Shown piece by piece: positions 13,069-25,780 of a stretch of DNA of 64,000 nucleotides. The stretch is from contig OZ176055.1 in the NCBI GenBank assembly GCA_964247055.1, positions 2,480,001-2,544,000 on the forward strand, read 5' to 3'. Within the stretch, counting starts at the first letter, position 1, and the number at the start of each line of letters is the position of its first letter. Under the pieces are notes generated by a model. The model was not told the origin of the DNA, searched no databases, and saw only the letters and a list, made by a program, of their open reading frames with translations. Both the position numbers and the translations under genes were made by a program. Source of the DNA: Paragordius varius (lineage: Eukaryota; Animalia; Nematomorpha).

Positions 13069-16000
13069 TTAAAAGTGATTTGTGTATCTGTCAGGGGCTT
13101 TTCGGTTTCTGGTAGGATAGCGTCTCTCGACTGGTACTTCGAGGCTTGGGGATTCTGCAATCTTATCGCCGTTGGGACTTTGCTGATTATTGTGGAAATC
13201 TTGACAAATATCCGGGGAAGGATTGGTATCATCATTATTAATATTGTCATCAATAGGAGGACCATGCAATGGGGTGGCTATGATATTATCAATATTATTC
13301 TGTTTCCGTTCCAATTCTTTAGGGTCGTCTAGCTTAAGTTCATCGGGACCTTCTTTTCGCCTTCTTAATTGATCCGTATGCTTTCGTAAAACCCTCCCTC
13401 TATCTAATAATCCAGTCCGCTCTACAACTTTTCCCTCTCGCCAACCGGCTTCCAACTCATTTTTTATAAACACTTTCTCACCTAAAACGAACTCACGTAT
13501 ATTATCTGAGGTACCATCGATATAATCCTTTGGTTTGCCTTTCATCCAGGACAGCGGTGTTGGTATATTTCGTTTTAGGAATAGTCGTGCAGGTGTCTCA
13601 TTTATACCATTGTGATGTGCTGATCTGTAAGCCCACAGTACCTGGTTTAACCGGCGTTCTGGATCTGCTACTTCAGAACACATATAATAGTGCATTTTCA
13701 ATGTTTGAATGACCCTTTCCACTAAACCATTTGTCCGAGGGTGGTATGGCGCAGAGGTTACATGTTTGATATTAGAGGAACTTAATATTCTTTCAAAATC
13801 ACCGGACTTAAATACGACGCATTATCAGTTACGATCATCTCTGGGGTGCCATATCGTGCAAACCAACCTTCTAAAACTTTCAAAATACTGATCGAGTTCA
13901 CTGTTTTAAGCTGTGCTACTTCACCCAACGGGTGCAGTGATCTATAAGTATGACCCAGTAAAGGTTATCTACGAGCCCCGCTATATAGAGATGCAATCGC
14001 TCCCAAACGTTGGTGTTCGGGTTCCATTTATAAGTCGGGCTTACTGCAATATTGAACCGTGACTTTTGACAATTTGAGCAGCCTTGCACCCATTTTTCGA
14101 TATCCTGGTTCAATTTCGGCCAAAACACACCACTCTTACCTAACGCTTTCATGGACTGTATACCAGGGTGACCTTTATGAAGATAGTTAAGAACATCAAC
14201 CCTCATGCTTTGAGGCACAATAAGGCGGTTACCTAAATATTGAAGGCCGTATGATTCTTCGATATCATTCCTCAGTGGTTTATAGGACTGCACCCCCGAA
14301 TGAGACCAATCATTAGTTTTTCGTGCTGCTTTAATCTGTTTACACGTCTCATCGCTCATAGTTTCCTTAAGCACCCTCTCCTTGTTTAAGTTTAACTCCT
14401 GACACCATAGCAACCGGACCTCCTGCGCTATATCCTCGTCATTGTCACACTCTTCAGTTATCTCAGTTGGTAGTCTTGATAGTGAATCTGCTAGGTTTTC
14501 GGTTCCCGGGTAGTACATTATGTTGAAGTCGAAAATGGATGTTTTTAAAATCCATCTTAGCAATTTACTATTGTTTAGCTCGCTTAATACACGTTGCTGC
14601 CCGAATAATTTGATAAGAGGTTTATGATCTGTTCTAATCTCAAATTTTCTACCATATAAAAATGTTTTAAATTTCTCTAGGGCCAATACAATGGCTTTTG
14701 CCTCTTTTTCTATAACCGAATAATTTTTCTCTGCCGGGGAACATTTTTTTGAAAAATATGCAATGGGTCGTTTACCTTCCGACGTTCTGTGCGACAAAAT
14801 GGCCCCAAACCCCTCCCCAGATGCATCCGTTTCTAGAATAAGGGGAAGTCTGGGGTTAAAAGGGAAAAGGCGGCTGTTATTCCCTATTAATAACTTCGCC
14901 CTTTCAAAAATATTTTGGTGTACCTCGGTCCAACACCATTTCTTTTTGGAACCAGCTAGCTGATGGAGTTCGTTAACAATTGTATTTAGAGAAGGTATAA
15001 ATCGTGAATGAAAGTTTAAGAGGCCCAAAAACGAACGGAGACTTGTTTTATCTTTAATGGGTGGACACTCGCGAATGGCTTTAATCTTACTGCTCGTTGG
15101 TTTTATACTTTTTTCTGATATAGTAAACCCCAAATATTCTACTTCCTGTTGAAAAAGCATTATTTTATCTTTTTTTTAATTTAAGACCCATTCGTTCTAA
15201 TCTTTCAAATACTTGTGTTAGGCTTCTATAATGCTCCTCATCCGTTTTCCCCGTAACAATTACATCATCTAAATAGACCGCTGTTCCCTTACAATCTCCT
15301 AATAGCTCATCCATGATTTGTTGGAAAAAACTAGGTGCGCACGACAGACCAAAAGGGATCCTAGTATATTTAAAAAACCCAAGAGGGGTGGATATTGTGA
15401 GAAGATTTTGAGATTCCGGATGCACTGGAATCTGAAGATAAGCATCTTTTAAATCTAATGTTGAAAACGTGTTACCATGTGAAATTTTGGAAATCAAATC
15501 ATCAAATGTGGGTATTATATATTGAGGTGTTTTAATGTATTTGTTTATTTAATATGTTTACTATAGGACTGGACCAACAAATTTTAGACTGCTTGGGGTC
15601 TACTGGTTCAATAATTTTTAAGGATACCAGCCTTTTGATCTCTTCACTTAATTTCTTTTGTAAGGCCAAGGGAACCCTTCTAGCCGGAAATACCCGTCCC
15701 CTACTATTGTTTTCTAAAAAATCTTTATGGGTTCCTCTTTCCAACAACCCAGTTTGATATCAAATAAAGACTTTATTGTAAATATCATTTGTGTGATATA
15801 ATTTATTAATATATAATTCGTTAGGCAATGGGATATTGAATAGCTGGATCCAATCCATGCCAAATATTAGAGGAAGATGTCTCTTCGTAATAAAGCATTT
15901 TGTTATCTTTTTTATTTTATTTAATTCAAGAGTTACAGTTGTCTCTCCTATTATGTGTAAAGGATTATTATCCTAAGTGTTTATGTTAAAATAAATGGGT

Positions 16001-16940
16001 TTTATTTTAGGCTTTCCTATTTTAACCCACGTGCTAAAATTTATTAAAGATATGTCGGCCCCCGTGTCGAATAACATTTCGACGTGGGTTGAGTTTATTT
16101 TTACATTTATTTTAGGTTTATTTACGATATTATTCACATACCTGTTTTTGCCAGCATATTTGTTTTGGCATTGGCTTCCGAAATGATTTCTACCCTGACA
16201 TTTGAAACATACCTTCCCAAACGCTGGGCAGCATCCGTATTTGTGGGCGCGACCGCATTTAAAACACGATTTTACGACAGGTTTGCGTCTTACCAGATAT
16301 ATTTCATTATTATTAATATTACCATCATTAAAAGTTTCATTATTATTATCATTAGTAATACCATTATTATTACCATTATTAATACTTTCATTATTATATA
16401 TTGCTCTCACTGAGTTCACTTCCAGGTGAGAATTTTCATACGCTAATGCCAAATTTAGAACCTTATTTAATCCCACTGTCGTTGTCTAATGCCTTTGGGT
16501 ACCTGTTCAGCAGTTCAGTCTCTAGTTTTTTCTCCTTCAACCCACATATAAACACGTCCCGTATTAATTCGTCAACGTTTCCTTTGAATTCGCATGCAGC
16601 GGCCATATTTTTGAGTCTTATAAAAAATTCCAAGAATCCTTCACCCGCTAATCGTTCCGCTCTAAAAAAATCGAATCGGGATAAAAAAGTATTTTTGGTT
16701 GGCTGAAATATTTTCACCCCAGCTTCATAAATCTCCTCCCAAATATATGTTTTCAATATTAACGGGGTAAAAGAATTGTTCCATTTTAGAAATGTTATCA
16801 ATACCGGATTGGGCAAGAAAGATGGCTTTAATATTTTCATTATTATCCTGTATTCCTTTAATTACTATTCTTCGTAAATATTTAATATATTCCGTAAAAT
16901 TATTATTGATTTTATAACTTTCAATACCTATTTTTTCCAT
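13069..16940 (-). pseudogene. Gypsy gag-pol, frameshifted
   Basis: Gag capsid-like (RLKNMAAACEF..IRDVFICG); twin zinc knuckles CFKCGRAHKYGCCPAFGKVCFKCQGRNHFGSQC; protease LFDTGAD; RT LDLKDAYLQ..RIPFGL..YLDDVIV; RNase H LETDAS..YSVIEKEA..TDHKPL; integrase HHCC, IVTDN, SAPYHPRTNGLVER. The first catalytic Asp is replaced (HLYIAG). Confidence 0.95.
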
Positions 16941-16985
16941 AATAATGAATACAACGTAATACAAAAAAAAATCGACCGCGTCAAA

Positions 16986-17312
16986 TGTAATAAGCGAAAA
17001 AAAAGGAATTTATTTTATATCATAAAAAACTATGTTCCATTATATATAGTTTTAGAGCGAGGTTGCATTTTTGCATAAGGTTAAATATTTCAATATTTAG
17101 ATGAAAGCATTCACAAGTTATATATTTGCACAAGGTTCAATATTACAGTATTTAGGTAAAAGCATTCACAACCAAGATAATATACATTTTTAGCGTAACA
17201 AGTACAAAGGTGTATTATGCACAAAGGTAAGGATATTATATTTTCATAAGGTAACTTAAATAAGATCAATTGAGTTAAGTTAACAAAAACAATTAAGTTA
17301 ATTTACATAACA
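16986..17312 (-). repeat. 5' LTR (327 bp) of the Gypsy element
   Basis: On the minus strand it runs TGTTAT..ATTACA with TATATATAA and AATAAA near its 3' end. It is followed immediately by PBS-like TTTGACGCGGTCG (16985-16973) and then gag. Confidence 0.85.
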
Positions 17313-18099
17313 GCACATTATGTAAAATATTTTTAAAAATTTACAATCGTTTCAGCGTAATCTCAAATCTATTGTCGACAATATTGTTTTCTGTAATTTA
17401 ATCACTACAAACACTAGTGACTTGATATGTCGCTGTTTCGGTAATTTTCATGTTTTCTGCTGTTTGTTAAGGACAAATTTTGTAGAAATTAAACGTTACA
17501 TGTTAATCTTGTTTACAATTTATAAATTAAAATTATAACAAAAACATTTTGTATAATGATTTATTACAAATTTAAGGATATTAGATAATCATCCACATTC
17601 TATATTTTAATTTGAAACAACCGATATTTTATTAGTTTTTACATGAAATGTTTTTATATATAAGGGAGGTAACACAGATGGCTTCGCGGGCCGCATTTTT
17701 GACTCATAAAATCCGGCGAGCCGCAAATATAAATATTTTCAACTCTAGGCGGATCTACTAAAATCTAAAACCCGCGAAAACCTGAAACTAACTTCTATAT
17801 TTTATTATTAAAAAAATATCTTATTAATATGACTAGATAGGCAATTTTTCGAAAAACAGTAGAAAAAAATTGCGGTACCTCGCCCACATGTACTGCTTTT
17901 AGATACTCAAAAAAAATTCTATAAATACATATATTAATTACCTTTTATTTATTCAAAAATTATTTTATTAATATAATATCCGCTGTAAAAATAACCACAT
18001 AATTTGTAAAGTATTTGTTCTTTTTGCGGTAAAATCTAGGATTGGCTTATTTTTAATTGGTTAATATATTATTCTGCTAGAATTATACATAAAATTTAG

Positions 18100-19263
18100 G
18101 ATTGCAGCCTTTCGCGTGGTGGAGAAACAATAAATCTCGGACTTCACACCGTAGGATTCAGGCTAATGGCTCTTTCTCTCAGGGCTTCCGCAAAAGAGGA
18201 CCTCAAAATTTAAAATTAACAAAATTAGTTTATGATATTTTAATAAACGTTGGATCAGGTTTCGAAATTCATTTTTTGTTATAATTATTATTAAATAAAA
18301 AATTAAGAAAACTGTTATATCCGTAACATATTATATGAAATATATTTATGGCATATTATTTCGAAATAACCTTTTTGTATTAAAATTGAAAATATACAGA
18401 TTTTCATACTCATTAGGTGGGAAGTATGATTAAATAGGTTTCTCAATATATTAATGGTCCTTTACAAGTCAAGCTGAATTAATAATTTGATTGTTCTTAT
18501 TTTAGAGGAATTAAAAACGGATGAAATTGGAAAAGAGGAATCATGATATATTAAAGAGGCGAGAAAACCTTGAAAAAGAGATTTCAATATCATCGAAAGA
18601 CAAAGAAGAATCGGTATGCTTAAACTGTGCGATTTCAATTTCCAATGAATTATATGTTAAATATTATTGTTAGAGCCTCTCTAATTTTTGTTTTTTTAAA
18701 ATTTCGAAAAAATTGCCTGCCACAAGAATTTGACTTTTGGATAATTCCCAGAAAAATCGGCTTTATTAACCGGTTGCGTTGTAATTAAAACCGTAACAAA
18801 TATCCCAAATTATTATTACTTATTCACTCGTGAGAGCGGTCATATGAGACATATATATCTTGCCATAGAATTTCATCTGCTGCTTTTATATTGTATTTTA
18901 ATTGATCTTTTTTATTTCTATCCTTACATATTAGGGTGACCTCTTAGCAATTTTTTTAAAAACCTAACCTAAATTTAGTCTGGGGTATTTTACCCAAATT
19001 TGATCGAAGTGTTAAAGCATAAGGGAAACGATAAAACGTTAAACATAAAAAATCTATGATTGATTTGATGAAGCTAAGCTTTCTATCAGCTCAGATGATA
19101 AATTTTAGTTATATTTTGTCTTTTTTTAAAAAATAATATATAAATATTTGTAGAATGCGCGAAATTGATATCTGTTATAGACGCGTATCAAAGTGATATT
19201 AACTTTTAATATAACTCGTTAAACCCAACACCATGAGAATTTTGATTCATTTATTTATCAGAA

Positions 19264-19323
<60 letters not shown>

Positions 19324-19397
19324 GCTTATAGTTGGTTTTTACCAGTCATCAAAAGTCTCTAAGAATGGTCGCGCAAAATAAAAATTTAATTAATTAA
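18100..19397 (+). CDS. Unknown small basic/coiled-coil protein, partial model (exons 18100-18258, 18506-18613, 19332-19397)
   Basis: GT-AG bounded open blocks LQPFAWWRNNKSRTSHRRIQANGSFSQGFRKRGPQNLKLTKLVYDILINVGS, then EELK-RMKLEKRNHDILKRRENLEKE (needs one A removed from an A5 run), then LVFTSHQKSLRMVAQNKNLIN*. The first exon is uncertain. Confidence 0.35.
19266..19317. repeat. (TA)n microsatellite (others near 3117, 3712, 8315-8372, 57356 and 59020)
   Basis: Directly visible TA dinucleotide runs. Confidence 0.95.
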
Positions 19398-21049
19398 AAA
19401 GATGCCATTGTAACTAATACATATGATATATAACTGTAAGATGGTGGTCATAGTATATGGGTTTGAAATATATAAAAATATTGTTATAATTTTTATTTAC
19501 CCGCTCAACCAGTTTAATGATCACTAAAGTTGCCTTCAGGTAAATAAAAATGAGAAAGTAATTATTGTTAGTGTATAATTGTTATATTTTGTGCACATTC
19601 CATGTAGATTCAAAAAATAATTGTAAAATAGCTTTGCTCTAATTTCAAAAATATAATTTGTAAATACGGTTAAAAAATGCCTTAGTTTGTGGTTTAAAGT
19701 TTACCTGGATCCTCAATATCTTTTAGCATCATACCAATTAACCACATCAAAACTTTCAACGAATATGTATTATAAAAAATATATTAATGGGTAATTAAAA
19801 CTTATTCTCTTCAGCAAAAAATGCATATATAATGATAGCAGTAATTACTGATTTTCTAATTAAACATACACATCTAATCTCTTCAATCGAAGCTATTATT
19901 GTATTTCGTTACATTACAGTCTAAATCCGATATAAAGCCCTAAATAACAATATTGCTTCTATACATAAATTCTTAGTCATTTTATATGGTTATCATGGTT
20001 TTGTACATACCTTAAAGCCAATTATTTTCACCAAACACATTTTAAATGCCTATCAAGCACCATTGGAAAAAGGTCACACTAAAATTTTTGCCTTCATATA
20101 GGAACTATCCATACCCATTGGCTCCACGAGTTTTTCGAAAACTTGCCTATTAGATGAATTATTTTTTTAGGCTACCCAACGCCTATTGGAAATATACGCT
20201 CAACAAAATTTTTGCGTTTATATACGGATTCGAAGCAATATTAATTCCTCATGTTCTAATGGTTTTTTGGAAAGTTGTTTTAAAGCCAAATTATGTCTCT
20301 ATGGTGACGCATTTTCCAGACATAAAACTCAATTTTTGCCTTTATGGGGGATATCTCAAATCCTTTATACACTTAATTGTTTGATAAGGTTTCTTTAAAT
20401 TTATCTACTGAGCAACGTTTTTTACTGCGCCCTATAAATTAGGTAGTGTGCCTTTGTAATAAGTGATATGTTAATTATACCTGATACAATTAACAATGAT
20501 AAATTGTTGGCGCTTTCGTCAGTTTAGGTTTAGAATAAAAATTGTAGATGATCTGTTTTGCGCGACGTATTTTGCTTTTATTATTTCTCAAGTCAAAAAA
20601 AATTATATGGTTCTAGAGGTCTTTATTTACAAGAGTGGTACTTAAAGAGCATCCCACGGGTTATGCGCGACTCTAAAGTGCTCATTTGTGACCCTGAATT
20701 ATGTAATATATTTATTTTTTTGTAAAAATATCTGCGAAGGTGTCAAACAGACATGAAGTGTTTATCGGTATTATATAGTGCACGGCCCTTGAGACAAGAT
20801 ATACATTTTTTCCGGCCCTTTAAAATTATTTGGGGAAATTCAAAATTTCTGAAAACGTAAAACGAACTCAAATCATACTGTGATATATTAATAGTTTAGT
20901 TTATCTACTCGGCCCTTTGTTAGGAAAAATTAAGGTGAACATATGCCATTCCTATCGAATTTTATACTCTATTGCAACCGTATCTAAAAAATTGTTACTA
21001 GAAAGCAACATTGTTTGATGTGCCTTTAAATACACAATTGAGGCGTGAT

Positions 21050-21230
21050 ATTATAGTAGGTAGGGCGCCGGACTCCTACACTATGTGCCTGAGTTTAAAC
21101 CCCGATACTACGCAATTTTTCTATCATCAGTGTCAGCCCTGGGCAGGCAAGTGTTAAAGCCTCTATACATGTCCGGATGCAATTTAAGTCCTTACCCTAA
21201 AAAGGAAAAAAAGATTCTAAACTGTATACA
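21050..21230. repeat. Dispersed ~180-bp repeat (second copy ~47620-47790)
   Basis: Shared tagtaggta.ggc.cggactc.taca..atg..gag..actacgcaatttttc..tcatca.tgtca..gccctgggca. Confidence 0.6.
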
Positions 21231-21719
21231 TATTAATAGACAATTTAGCCTCTACATAAAGACTAATTTTAATAAAATAGCTGGCCCTGTCACACTTCGC
21301 TGTGACGTGGTCTAACCGATATTATTCTTAATAATTTGCAAAAAATAGAGGTAAGGGAGATAAAAAAAATAAAAAAACGTATTTAATAAAAAGAATGCCT
21401 ATAATTATCTTTTACGGGTTTTTGCATAGGCTCAAATATTGTTTAATCGATACTGACTATATTTAAACTGTCCCTTATTAAAGCTAATATTCAACTATCA
21501 TTGGATTTAAGTTACGATTTTTATTTTACGAAATCATGGTTAAAAGTTTTATTTCTATTGTTTTCGCACAGCTGGGTTCAAGGGTTATAAAAAATAAATC
21601 ATTTGTGGCCCCTTTTCAAAGGAAAGAATGATATTATATAAATTCCCCAGAAATGTGTTAAATGGTTTCTTAATTTGAAAATTAGCTTCAAAACCAAGCC
21701 ATATAGTGTCTCAGTTTTA

Positions 21720-24250
21720 AACCGGCAGACCCCTATTCATAGACCTATGGAAAAAGCACTGAGTTAAATTCTTTGCCTTTATAGGGCAAATATTTGGAAT
21801 CATCTTTGATACCATCGTCTCATGGGTTATTTGAAAAAATACCTCAACAGTAAACAATCGTATATGATGGCGAATTTATAGGGCAAACGACTAATAAAAA
21901 ACGCCAGACTTTAATTTTTACCTTGTTACGGGTAATATCTCAAGCATTTAATGAGCTCATATGGCTTTATAAATTTTCCGTAATTTTGGTCCAAAACAAC
22001 GCAATTCGCAGTTTTTGGCGGGTGACTTTTACCTAGAGGCAAACGTAAAAAAAGCGTTTGGCAAAATTTTTGCCTTATATGGGGAATATCTGGAATTATC
22101 ATGGCTTCATGTTCTTATTAGTCTCAGAGGTTTCTAAAATTTGGCTCCAAAGGCATGCCGTTTCGATATGATATGCAGTTTTACGGTAGCCGTCTAACCA
22201 GGGAAGAAACAAAAAACGCTCGAAAAAAATCCATGCCTTAATTTGGCTAATACCTGGAATCATTGATTCCATATGCTCTCGTGGGATTTTCGAATAATTG
22301 CCTCAAAACCAAAAAATCATTCTATCGTGGCGCATTTTTTAGGGCAAGGGCCAAACTAATCTAAATTAAATTAAACCGCTCTACTTAAATTTTTGCCTTT
22401 TTACGGGTACAAGCCCTTATTTAACTCATATGACCATATAAGTTTTCTAAAATTTGCCTCTAAAGTGACGCTGTATCGATATGTGGCGCAATTATAAACG
22501 GGTAGTCCCCTACCCAGAGGCCAATATAAAAAAGACATTCGATAAAAATTGCCATTATAGGGGTATACGGGGATTCATCATCCAATACTTGTGTTCTAGT
22601 TTTTGGAACAATGGCTTCAAAACTAAATGATTCAATAATAGCGCATTTGTTAGGGCGTTAAGGGCCTAATTAACGGCCAATTTATAAAATCGGCCCCACT
22701 TAACTTTTTGCCTTTTTACGGGTAATATTTCAGGCCTTATTAAACTTATGTGGCCTGATTTCTGAAAAATAACTTCTAAAAAACGCAATTTTGATATGGT
22801 AGCGCAGCTGTTGGCGGGTAGCTCCCAACCCAAAGGCTGATACAAAAATACATTCGATAAAATTTCCATTATAGGGGTATACCTGAAATCATCATTTATT
22901 TATGTTCTTAATAAATTACGAAAATTGCTTCAAAACTAAAAAATCATTCTATAATGGCGCATTCAGGGCTAAAGCATAATTAACGGCTAATTTAAAAAAC
23001 CGCACTATCTAAATATTTAGATTGATAAGGGTAATATTTAAAGCACCTATTGAACTCATATAGCCTGATAGGTTTTCTGAATAGCCCCAAAAGCACGCTA
23101 TTTCGGACGAAGCAATTTTTAGCGGGTACTTAGCAGCCAATATAAAAAACTCACGACTAAAGTTGTTGACTTTTAACAGAAAATACCTGGGTCCTCATTA
23201 AATTATTACGGTCACCTTGAAAAAAAATAGATTTAAAGGGCCTAAATTAAAAAGCGAGCCGACTATGTTCGACGCAATCAAAAAAAGCAAAGCAAAATTA
23301 TATTTTTAATTAAAAGGCCTAACACGTTTTCCGGAAAATTGTCTCAAAGACAAGTTTTTGTGGACTTCTGTTTTCAAAAAACCCGTTTTTTACACGGTGT
23401 GGGCCCGAACTGGGGGCCTAATTCAAAAAAGGGCCCAGCTATTGTCGGGGCATTTATTAATTATTAATTTTTTCGACATTTGGATTTGAATGGGTCTACC
23501 GGTTTCCGGAAACAGATCAAAAAGCCAGAAAATTTTATTTTATAAATTATATAGATGACCATAAATAATGTTTTATTTATCCATATATTTTTTTAGAACC
23601 TATACATATGATAGATAAATTAATAATAAAACAATAAGCTAAAACGATTTTATGTTTAGAATCAATAAAGTCTAATTCATTTGATGTTTCGTTAAAATAT
23701 TGAGATAGACAATTATATTTGAAATGAGCATAATATATTTTTGATTTATAAGCAATGTTATGCGGCACGAGTTTTAAAAAAAATCACATAGTCTCATATT
23801 CTGAAATTTGGCTCCAAAGGCATGCTGTATCGATAGGATGGCGCAGTTGTAAGCGGGTAGCCCCTATCCAGAGGCCAATTTTAAAATGTGATTAGATAAA
23901 AAAATTTCCCTTTACACCAGGAATCATCATTCAATCCCAATAGTTTATGGAAGAATGGCCCCAAAACTAAATTATATTTCAATGATAGCGCATTTTCAGG
24001 GAGTAAAGGGCCTATTTAACGGCTAATCGAAAAATCCGATCAACTAAAAGTTTTGACTTTTTACGGGTAATATGTTAAGCAGATATTGAACTCATATTGC
24101 CTGATAGGTTTTTTGAAATTTAGCCACAAAAGCACGCTATTTCGATATGCTCGGGTAACTCCTTACTCAGCAGTATCATCAAAGAAACGCTTGACTAAAA
24201 TTTTTGCCTTTTAACAGGGAATAGGTGTAATCCTTATTGAATTTTTACGG
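21720..24250. repeat. Degenerate ~155-bp tandem satellite with alternating subunits; related pieces at ~20070-20400 and ~36350-36780
   Basis: The anchor aaaatttttgcctt recurs at about 21766, 21911, 22063, 22225, 22387, 22544, 22702, 22859, 23012 and 23160 (spacing 145-162 bp). gcgggtag..ccctacccagagg occurs roughly every second unit. Confidence 0.8.
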
Positions 24251-24660
24251 TTCATACCTTAGCGAAATATAGATTTAAAAAATTATTTCTGTGGTCTTTG
24301 TTTTTATGGAAAAAATGGTATATTACGGAGGTAGCGGGTAAAAAGAGGGCTTGAATTAAAAAAGAGAGCCAACTATGTTCGGCGCAATCGAAAATAAGTT
24401 AAAGAAAATCATATTTGAAATTAAATAATGGGACACGTTTTCCGGAAAATTGTCTCACACGATTTTTGTGGACTTCCGTTTTTTAAAAAACTCGTTGTTC
24501 ACACGGGGTGGGCCCAAACTGGGGGCCTATTTCGAAAAAAGGGCGAAGCTATTGTCGGGGCATTCATTAATGATTATATTTTTTCGATATTTGGATTAGA
24601 ATGGGTCTACCGTTTTTCCGGAAACAGTTCACAAAGCCACCACATTCCATTTTTATAAAT
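23170..24660 (-). mobile_element. Helitron-family modules (same family as 27838-29059), duplicated at ~35790-37210
   Basis: Reverse-complement matches to the ~450-530 bp 5' module (aaaaaagggcgaagctattgtcggggcatttattaatg..acagatcacaaagcc..ttttataaatatatagat). 23240-24660 is colinear with 35830-37205. Confidence 0.75.
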
Positions 24661-24956
24661 ATATATATTACCTTTTTCGCAGATTGAATACCCCCAAGTA
24701 GATTTTCGTTTTCCGGCGATTTGTGATAATCTAATTTACATGGATTATGGCTTATGAGGAAACCTATGTTTAAGGGAAAAGAATGAGTTTTTGAGGCTGT
24801 ATTTTTAAAATTATCAATTGATTGATAAGACTTTTACACGCGATCTATTGGATTTTATTTATCCATACATCTTTAAAAATACCGTAAATAAATTTTGGAA
24901 TGGCAAAACAAAGATTTAAAACAACCGAGAGACAGGACCGACAGATGTGTAACAAC

Positions 24957-25780
24957 TAGGGTTGTGCCCATTAGTCAATAACCTAGGGTCATGATCAAGG
25001 TCATGACCATGATTTTTTGTTTGATCATTTTTTTAATTTTACAATTTTTAGGAAAACAAAACCTTATATTATTTAAATATGTGTTATTTTGTTTTAAATA
25101 TGTGATACACATTTTTCACCCTAAATCATAATGTAATCAGCCTTGTGGAATTTTTTTGATAAAAAAAATCAAGTTGTATGCAAGAAATGCATTTACAATA
25201 TATATTTACATAAAAATCGAATGAGGAAACATCTGAAAAAAGTTCGTTAAACAAATTATAAGACAGAAGGTGATGGTCGAAAGCAAACTAAATATTTAAT
25301 TTTTTAAGTTAGTCTTAAAAATTTGCTTTCAAGAAGAATTAACCAGAAACTATAGCAGAATTTATTTTCACATTCTCAACTCTGAACATAATTGAAATTA
25401 AAGAACATTTTCGGAGTTTCATTCATAAAAAAACCGAATTATGATATTCCAAATAGAAAACAGATTTCCAATGAATTACTAGATTCCTGTTATGATATAA
25501 AAATAGAAGTTGATGGAATATATAAAACTAATATTTCATTAATAGTGACCATATAAATAGTTTCAATAAATTCCATATTTTCTTTTTAGTTTTAAAAGCT
25601 TTCTATGAGTCAAGTATGATATTAGGAAAGATCGTTAATTGTAGAAATTTAAATTATCAGTATTGATAAAAGTAGAGTTCAAAAAATTATACTTTACAAA
25701 AACCTTTTTTTTGTTAAGTATATAGGAATGTAGTTATTTATTATTGTCATTAACATATGGTATGACCTTAGTCCGACCTA
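24957..25780. mobile_element. hAT-type MITE related to family B, degenerate right end
   Basis: Starts TAGGGTTGTGC with ggtcatga repeats. The right end tatgaccttagtccgaccta resembles the inverted subterminal repeats. The TSD is poor. Confidence 0.5.

Larger units (their letters stand above)
12715..17312 (-). mobile_element. Ty3/Gypsy LTR retrotransposon (Mag-like) with non-identical terminal repeats
   Basis: gag-pro-RT-RNaseH-integrase order, TG..CA ends, perfect 5-bp TSD GCACA (12710-12714 and 17313-17317), PBS-like sequence next to the 5' LTR and a PPT next to the 3' unit. Confidence 0.95.

Noticed and set aside
13008-16706. Alternative-frame and plus-strand ORFs over the Gypsy element (13008, 13075, 13530, 14763, 15554, 15995, 16165, 16202, 16401)
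   Set aside because: Shadows of gag-pol with no independent motifs.
19700-19780. Minus-strand SFDVVNWYDAKRY* resembling a C-type lectin W-x-D-A motif
   Set aside because: Too short, followed by a stop, and no other lectin motifs nearby.
21720-24660. Possible CRISPR-like array
   Set aside because: Eukaryotic context; whole ~155-bp units are homologous, with no constant repeat and unique spacer structure and no cas genes.
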